Virus record (IMG/VR): IMGVR_UViG_3300017814_000143
Strand: one strand, 5' to 3'
DNA length: 20,000 nucleotides
Origin: an uncultured virus (IMG/VR IMGVR_UViG_3300017814_000143)
Lineage: Duplodnaviria; Heunggongvirae; Uroviricota; Caudoviricetes
Shown here one piece after another: positions 16,719 through 20,000 of this stretch. Within the stretch, counting starts at the first letter, position 1. Each line of letters opens with the position of its first letter. The translations under genes were made by a program, and so were the position numbers. The notes under the pieces are model-generated. The model made no database searches. It was not told where the DNA came from and saw nothing but the letters and a program-made list of their open reading frames with translations.

Positions 16719-17597
16719 TCACTCGAGCAGATACGCGTCAAGCCTGCGGGCGGCGTCCTTGGAGACGGACTTGCCGCTCCAGAAGTAGTGCTCCCGCAGC
16801 ATGGACGAGCTCTCCGTGTGCCCGAGCTGCTCCTTTATGACGGCCTCGGGGACACCTGCCCCTATCGCGAGGTAGACGTAGGTGTGCCGAAGGTACATCG
16901 GGGGCACGTAGGGCAGGCCCTCGCGCGTGCAATGGGCCCGGTAGCGTCTGGCAATCGCATCGGGGCTCATGCGCGCGCCATGACCGTCCGGCACGAGCGG
17001 TCCCGTGCCGCGAATCTCCCGCAGACGGCGCGTCGCGGTCCTGGGCATGTAGACCGTCCTCACCGAGCTCGGCGTCTTGGTGAACCACTCGACCGGCTCG
17101 CCTCCGACTACCTGGAGCCCCTTGTCGACCCGTACCCCGCCCTCGCGGAGGTCGATGTCGCGCCACCACAGCGCGCACCCCTCGCACCTCCGCAGCCCGC
17201 AGGTGAGTGACACGAGGAGCCACGGCTCCAGGGGGTGGCCCCAGAAGCCGCGCAGGAGCCTTCGCGCCTGGTCGGCGTCAAGGAACCTCGGCACGTATGG
17301 CGCCCTCCTCCTCGGCAGAGCTATCGACTTGCGGCACGGGTCCACCGCGATCAGGTCGTCGCGCTCCGCCATGCGCAGGATCCTCTGCAGGCATGACTTG
17401 GCGTTCGCCGCCTGGGCGTGGGTCATCGGGGCGAGCCATGCCTCTATGTCGCGGGCCCGTATCTCGGACAGCTCGGCGTCACCCCAGCGAGGCAGGACGT
17501 GGTTGGCGTAGTCGCTCGCGTACCCCGCGAGCGTGGACGGGGCGAGCCCTGTCTTGGTGGGCCAATAGAAGGTCTCCGCATAGTCCCCTAGGCGCAT
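16719..17597 (-). CDS. Tyrosine recombinase, probable shufflon invertase (292 aa)
   Basis: SD GGAGG; SAM-like core-binding N-terminus; catalytic motifs GLRRCE (R), TKT (K), YLRHT, QLGH and EHY (Y); no arm-binding domain; abuts site 3. Confidence 0.92.
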   Translation of the reverse strand: MRLGDYAETFYWPTKTGLAPSTLAGYASDYANHVLPRWGDAELSEIRARDIEAWLAPMTHAQAANAKSCLQRILRMAERDDLIAVDPCRKSIALPRRRAPYVPRFLDADQARRLLRGFWGHPLEPWLLVSLTCGLRRCEGCALWWRDIDLREGGVRVDKGLQVVGGEPVEWFTKTPSSVRTVYMPRTATRRLREIRGTGPLVPDGHGARMSPDAIARRYRAHCTREGLPYVPPMYLRHTYVYLAIGAGVPEAVIKEQLGHTESSSMLREHYFWSGKSVSKDAARRLDAYLLE

Positions 17598-17608
17598 CTC
17601 GTACCTCC

Positions 17609-17657
17609 GAATCCTAGATGCCTCTCAGGGCCTCCCCCTGGGACGGCACTAGGATTC
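17609..17657. promoter_or_regulatory. 49-nt imperfect inverted repeat between recombinase and lysis genes
   Basis: GAATCCTAG-A-TGCC-TCTCAGGG-CCTCC-CCCTGGGA-C-GGCA-CTAGGATTC. Confidence 0.75.
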
Positions 17658-17661
17658 TCCC

Positions 17662-17682
17662 GCGTTACCGCCGTCGCACGAT
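17662..17682 (+). promoter_or_regulatory. Putative phage late promoter, copy 7 (lysis cassette)
   Basis: GCGTTACC-GCCGTCG-CACGAT, with SD AAGGAGG 11 nt downstream. Confidence 0.65.
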
Positions 17683-17705
17683 CGGGTCGACCAAGGAGGT
17701 GAGAA

Positions 17706-17744
17706 GTGGACGACACCGCCAAGAAGCTCGTGTGCAGGAGGTAG
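17706..17744 (+). CDS. 12-codon leader mini-ORF MDDTAKKLVCRR
   Basis: SD AAGGAGGT 17693-17700, GTG start, TAG stop; its last codons form the SD of the next gene; copy of that gene's N-terminus. Confidence 0.5.
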   Translation: MDDTAKKLVCRR

Positions 17745-17746
17745 AC

Positions 17747-18193
17747 GTGGACGACACGGCAAGGAGGCTCCTGTGGTGGGGCCTGACGGCGGGCGTCGGG
17801 TACTGCGCCAGCGCATACGTCGCCTGCGGCAACCCGCGCCAGGACGCGCTCGCCGTCACGTGGATGGCCGTGCTCCTCGTCTCCGCCCTCGCCTACGCGC
17901 TGTGGCGCACGACCGCCCGCAGGCGTGCCGAGGAGGCCCGCATGCACGCGGAGATAGTGGCGCGGCTGGACTCGGTGGACGAGAGGCAGCGCCTCATGCT
18001 CGACGCCCAGCAGCAGACCATGCGCTCGGATATCGTGCACAAGGTGGACAAGTACGTCTCGCGCGGGTGGGTGACCCCCGAGGAGCACAGGGCGATATCG
18101 GACGAGTACGGCTCGTACTCCGCCCTCGGCATCAACGGCTACATCAAGGTCTACATCGCGAAGGTCGACGCGCTCGAGGTACGCGAGGTCTGA
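17747..18193 (+). CDS. Lysis-region membrane protein, holin-associated (148 aa)
   Basis: SD AGGAGG 17736-17741, GTG 17747; two N-terminal hydrophobic segments, coiled coil, C-terminal Y..YSALGING motif common in genes beside phage lysins. Confidence 0.75.
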   Translation: MDDTARRLLWWGLTAGVGYCASAYVACGNPRQDALAVTWMAVLLVSALAYALWRTTARRRAEEARMHAEIVARLDSVDERQRLMLDAQQQTMRSDIVHKVDKYVSRGWVTPEEHRAISDEYGSYSALGINGYIKVYIAKVDALEVREV

Positions 18194-18232
18194 CGCCAAC
18201 CGGCACCGCGGTCGCGCCACACGGGAGCGGCC

Positions 18233-18260
18233 TAGCACGAAGTAGCACGAAACGACACGA
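18233..18260 (+). repeat. Three CACGA-ending direct repeats at 10-bp period
   Basis: TAGCACGAAG TAGCACGAAA CGACACGA directly before SD AGGAGG of the next gene. Confidence 0.7.
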
Positions 18261-18273
18261 TTTAGGAGGACGT

Positions 18274-18666
18274 ATGGATACGTTGGTTCAGAAGTTCGTG
18301 GATTGGTGCGCCCGGAAGGACGCCGCGGCGCTCATCGAGCACACGGTGGTGGAGGGCGTCCTGGGCGTGGCAGTGACTGCGGTCGGGCAGATCCCGGCGC
18401 CGTACTCGCTCTATGTCGTGCCGCTCTCGATGGCGGTGCTCACGCCCGTCATCGCGGCCATCGGCAACGGCGGGAGCCCGGATGCGACCACGGCCGCGGC
18501 CCCTGTCGTGGCCACGGCCACAGAGACGGAGACGGCTACCACGACCCCCGTCGTGGCCACGGAGGGCACCACGGCGGTTACGAACCCCACCACGACGAGC
18601 ACCGATGTGGCATCTGTGGTTGCCGCGACCGACATCCCCGCAGCCATGACCGACAAGGAGGCGTAG
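18274..18666 (+). CDS. Putative holin with Thr/Ala-rich C-terminal tail (130 aa)
   Basis: SD TAGGAGG; two hydrophobic segments (VVEGVLGVAVTAVG, YVVPLSMAVLTPVIAAIG); upstream of the endolysin. Confidence 0.65.
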   Translation: MDTLVQKFVDWCARKDAAALIEHTVVEGVLGVAVTAVGQIPAPYSLYVVPLSMAVLTPVIAAIGNGGSPDATTAAAPVVATATETETATTTPVVATEGTTAVTNPTTTSTDVASVVAATDIPAAMTDKEA

Positions 18667-18668
18667 CC

Positions 18669-18770
18669 ATGGCGGACCCGACGGACGACGAGAGGAAGGA
18701 AATCGAGGCTCAGGACAGCACGGACGGGCCTGCCGACGCCCAGGAGCCGAAGGAGGTCAAGTATGAGTAA
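18669..18770 (+). CDS. Small acidic protein (33 aa)
   Basis: SD AAGGAGG, ATG 18669, MADPTDDERKEIEAQDSTDGPADAQEPKEVKYE*; 8-nt overlap with the endolysin start. Confidence 0.6.
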   Translation: MADPTDDERKEIEAQDSTDGPADAQEPKEVKYE

Positions 18771-19665
18771 CTGCGCGAGCGACGTGCTGTCCATCGCGGC
18801 TGGCGAGATCGGCTACGACCGGCACGACGACCCCGACGAGGGGAGCAAGTACGGCCGCTACTATGCCGGCGTGACCGGTTCCCCGTACTTCGGGACCACG
18901 GGCGTCCCGTACTGCGCCATGTTCGTCTCGTGGTGCTTCGCGCAGGCAGGGGCGAGCTGCGCCGGACTCCCCGCAGCGAGCAGCAGGACGCTCTACAACG
19001 ACGCCAAGGCAGCAGGACGCCTCAGGGCGTCCGTGCGTGACGCCCAGCCGGGGGACGTGATGCTGTTCGACTGGTCCCGCGCAGGAGACGACGGTGACGG
19101 CGACCCCGTCAACCTCGACCACACGTGCCTGTGCGAGATGAACCTCGGCGGGGACGGCGTGCAGACCATCGAGGGCAACATCGCCAACGGCAAGGTGCTC
19201 CGTCGTGTGCGCGACTGGTCCTACTGTGTCGCAGCGATCGCGCCCGACTACGCCACGCTACCCGACGTGCCATCCACGCCGAGCACCGAAAGCGTAGGCA
19301 GCCTCGACGGCGAGAGCGGCGAGCTGCTGGTCGATGGTGACTACGGTTCTATAACCGTCAAGGACGTCCAGAGGACCATGCAGTTCTACGGGCTCTACCA
19401 GGGATACCTGATCGATGGCGACTTCGCGTACCACGCCAAGCTTGCGTTGCAGCAGTATCTCCAGCGCAAGGGCTACTACCAGGGATATCTCCTCGATGGT
19501 GACTTCTCCGGTCACTCGGTGTACGCGTTGCAAAGCTATCTCAAGGACCTCGGTTACTATTGGTACACGGCCGATGGAATTCGCTATTGGTGCGACCTCG
19601 ACTCAGACTGGGGCGAGTACACCACCAAGGCTTTTCAGCGTGCTCTGAACAGCGAAAAGTTCTAG
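18763..19665 (+). CDS. Endolysin: CHAP peptidase/amidase plus peptidoglycan-binding repeats (300 aa)
   Basis: PYCAMFVSWC (catalytic Cys), DHT (His), QTIEGN; four DGD(Y/F)/DSDW...LQ repeats of PG_binding_1 type; SD AAGGAGG. Confidence 0.92.
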   Translation: MSNCASDVLSIAAGEIGYDRHDDPDEGSKYGRYYAGVTGSPYFGTTGVPYCAMFVSWCFAQAGASCAGLPAASSRTLYNDAKAAGRLRASVRDAQPGDVMLFDWSRAGDDGDGDPVNLDHTCLCEMNLGGDGVQTIEGNIANGKVLRRVRDWSYCVAAIAPDYATLPDVPSTPSTESVGSLDGESGELLVDGDYGSITVKDVQRTMQFYGLYQGYLIDGDFAYHAKLALQQYLQRKGYYQGYLLDGDFSGHSVYALQSYLKDLGYYWYTADGIRYWCDLDSDWGEYTTKAFQRALNSEKF

Positions 19666-19732
19666 GAACGTTGTCTGACACCAATCGCCGATCGTCATAG
19701 ACAACCGCGCTTGCGTGCCACACGTGACAGAC

Positions 19733-19765
19733 AAGGCCCTCACCCTGCGGGGTGGGGGCTTTTTT
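19733..19765 (+). terminator. Rho-independent terminator of the lysis operon
   Basis: AAGGCCCTCACCC-TGCG-GGGTGGGGGC followed by TTTTTT. Confidence 0.88.
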
Positions 19766-19901
19766 GCGTCCCGGTAGTGTCCCTAATCGGAGAAATAACC
19801 ACACTCATACGAAGATGCGTTTGCATACATGCAGATACAGGACTTATTCCCCACCCTGCAACGCTATCTTGAGCTACGCTCCGTAGAGACGACCCTGCTC
19901 G

Positions 19902-20000
19902 CTAATGCCCCTTGATGGACTCGAGGAACTCCTTCGCGCGATCGGTCTGCGGATTGTCGAAGAACTCGTCAGGCGTGTTCTCCTCGAGAATCATGCCGTC
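19902..20000 (-). CDS. 3' end of a host polar amino-acid ABC transporter ATP-binding protein (partial)
   Basis: Reverse strand reads DGMILEENTPDEFFDNPQTDRAKEFLESIKGH*, matching the typical C-terminus of GlnQ/ArtM-family ATPases. Confidence 0.8.
   Translation of the reverse strand, partial: DGMILEENTPDEFFDNPQTDRAKEFLESIKGH

Larger units (their letters stand above)
1..19765 (+). mobile_element. Prophage (siphovirus), late/morphogenesis and lysis region; left part lies outside the window
   Basis: Canonical order terminase-portal-minor capsid-scaffold-MCP-head/tail-TMP-Dit-hub-RBP-holin-endolysin, tightly packed with overlapping start/stop codons; followed by a host ABC transporter fragment at 19902-20000. 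Confidence 0.95.

Noticed and set aside
16719..17597. Recombinase as the prophage integrase marking a prophage end
   Set aside because: It sits between tail and lysis genes, lacks an arm-binding domain and abuts a crossover repeat; phage genes continue beyond it.
17618..17746. N-terminal extension of the lysis-region protein from ATG 17618
   Set aside because: Lies within the hairpin/promoter region without a good SD; GTG 17747 has AGGAGG at proper spacing.
18574..18600. Extra late-promoter copies at GGTTAC sites (18577, 11457, 14959)
   Set aside because: They lack the GCG prefix and the SAnnnT hexamer at the 7-nt spacing.
19666..19901. tRNA or ncRNA at the attachment site; ORF 19541-19804 (-)
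   Set aside because: No cloverleaf or T-loop consensus recognised; the ORF overlaps the endolysin and terminator with no recognisable motif.

Overview
High-GC window holding the late half of a temperate siphophage (prophage). Host is probably an actinobacterium, possibly Coriobacteriia (inference from GC and gene style only). On the + strand: small early/middle ORFs, a terminase that seems to fuse small and large subunits, portal, a minor capsid protein with a toxin-like C-terminal domain plus overlapping putative immunity gene, scaffold, major capsid, head-tail, tail, tape measure, Dit, hub/fibre, a receptor-binding protein (RBP), lysis genes and a CHAP endolysin with terminator. The last 99 bp are the 3' end of a host amino-acid ABC transporter ATPase (- strand), so the prophage ends near 19.8 kb. 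Highlights: (1) a three-cassette RBP shufflon with TTCCATA-core crossover sites next to a tyrosine recombinase; (2) a seven-copy promoter-like motif, GCGTTAYS-N7-SAnnnT, in front of most late modules; (3) a MuF-type toxin/immunity pair; (4) the TerS-TerL fusion; (5) a duplicated leader mini-ORF and a long hairpin ahead of the lysis cassette. All family calls come from motif recognition by eye; no searches were run.
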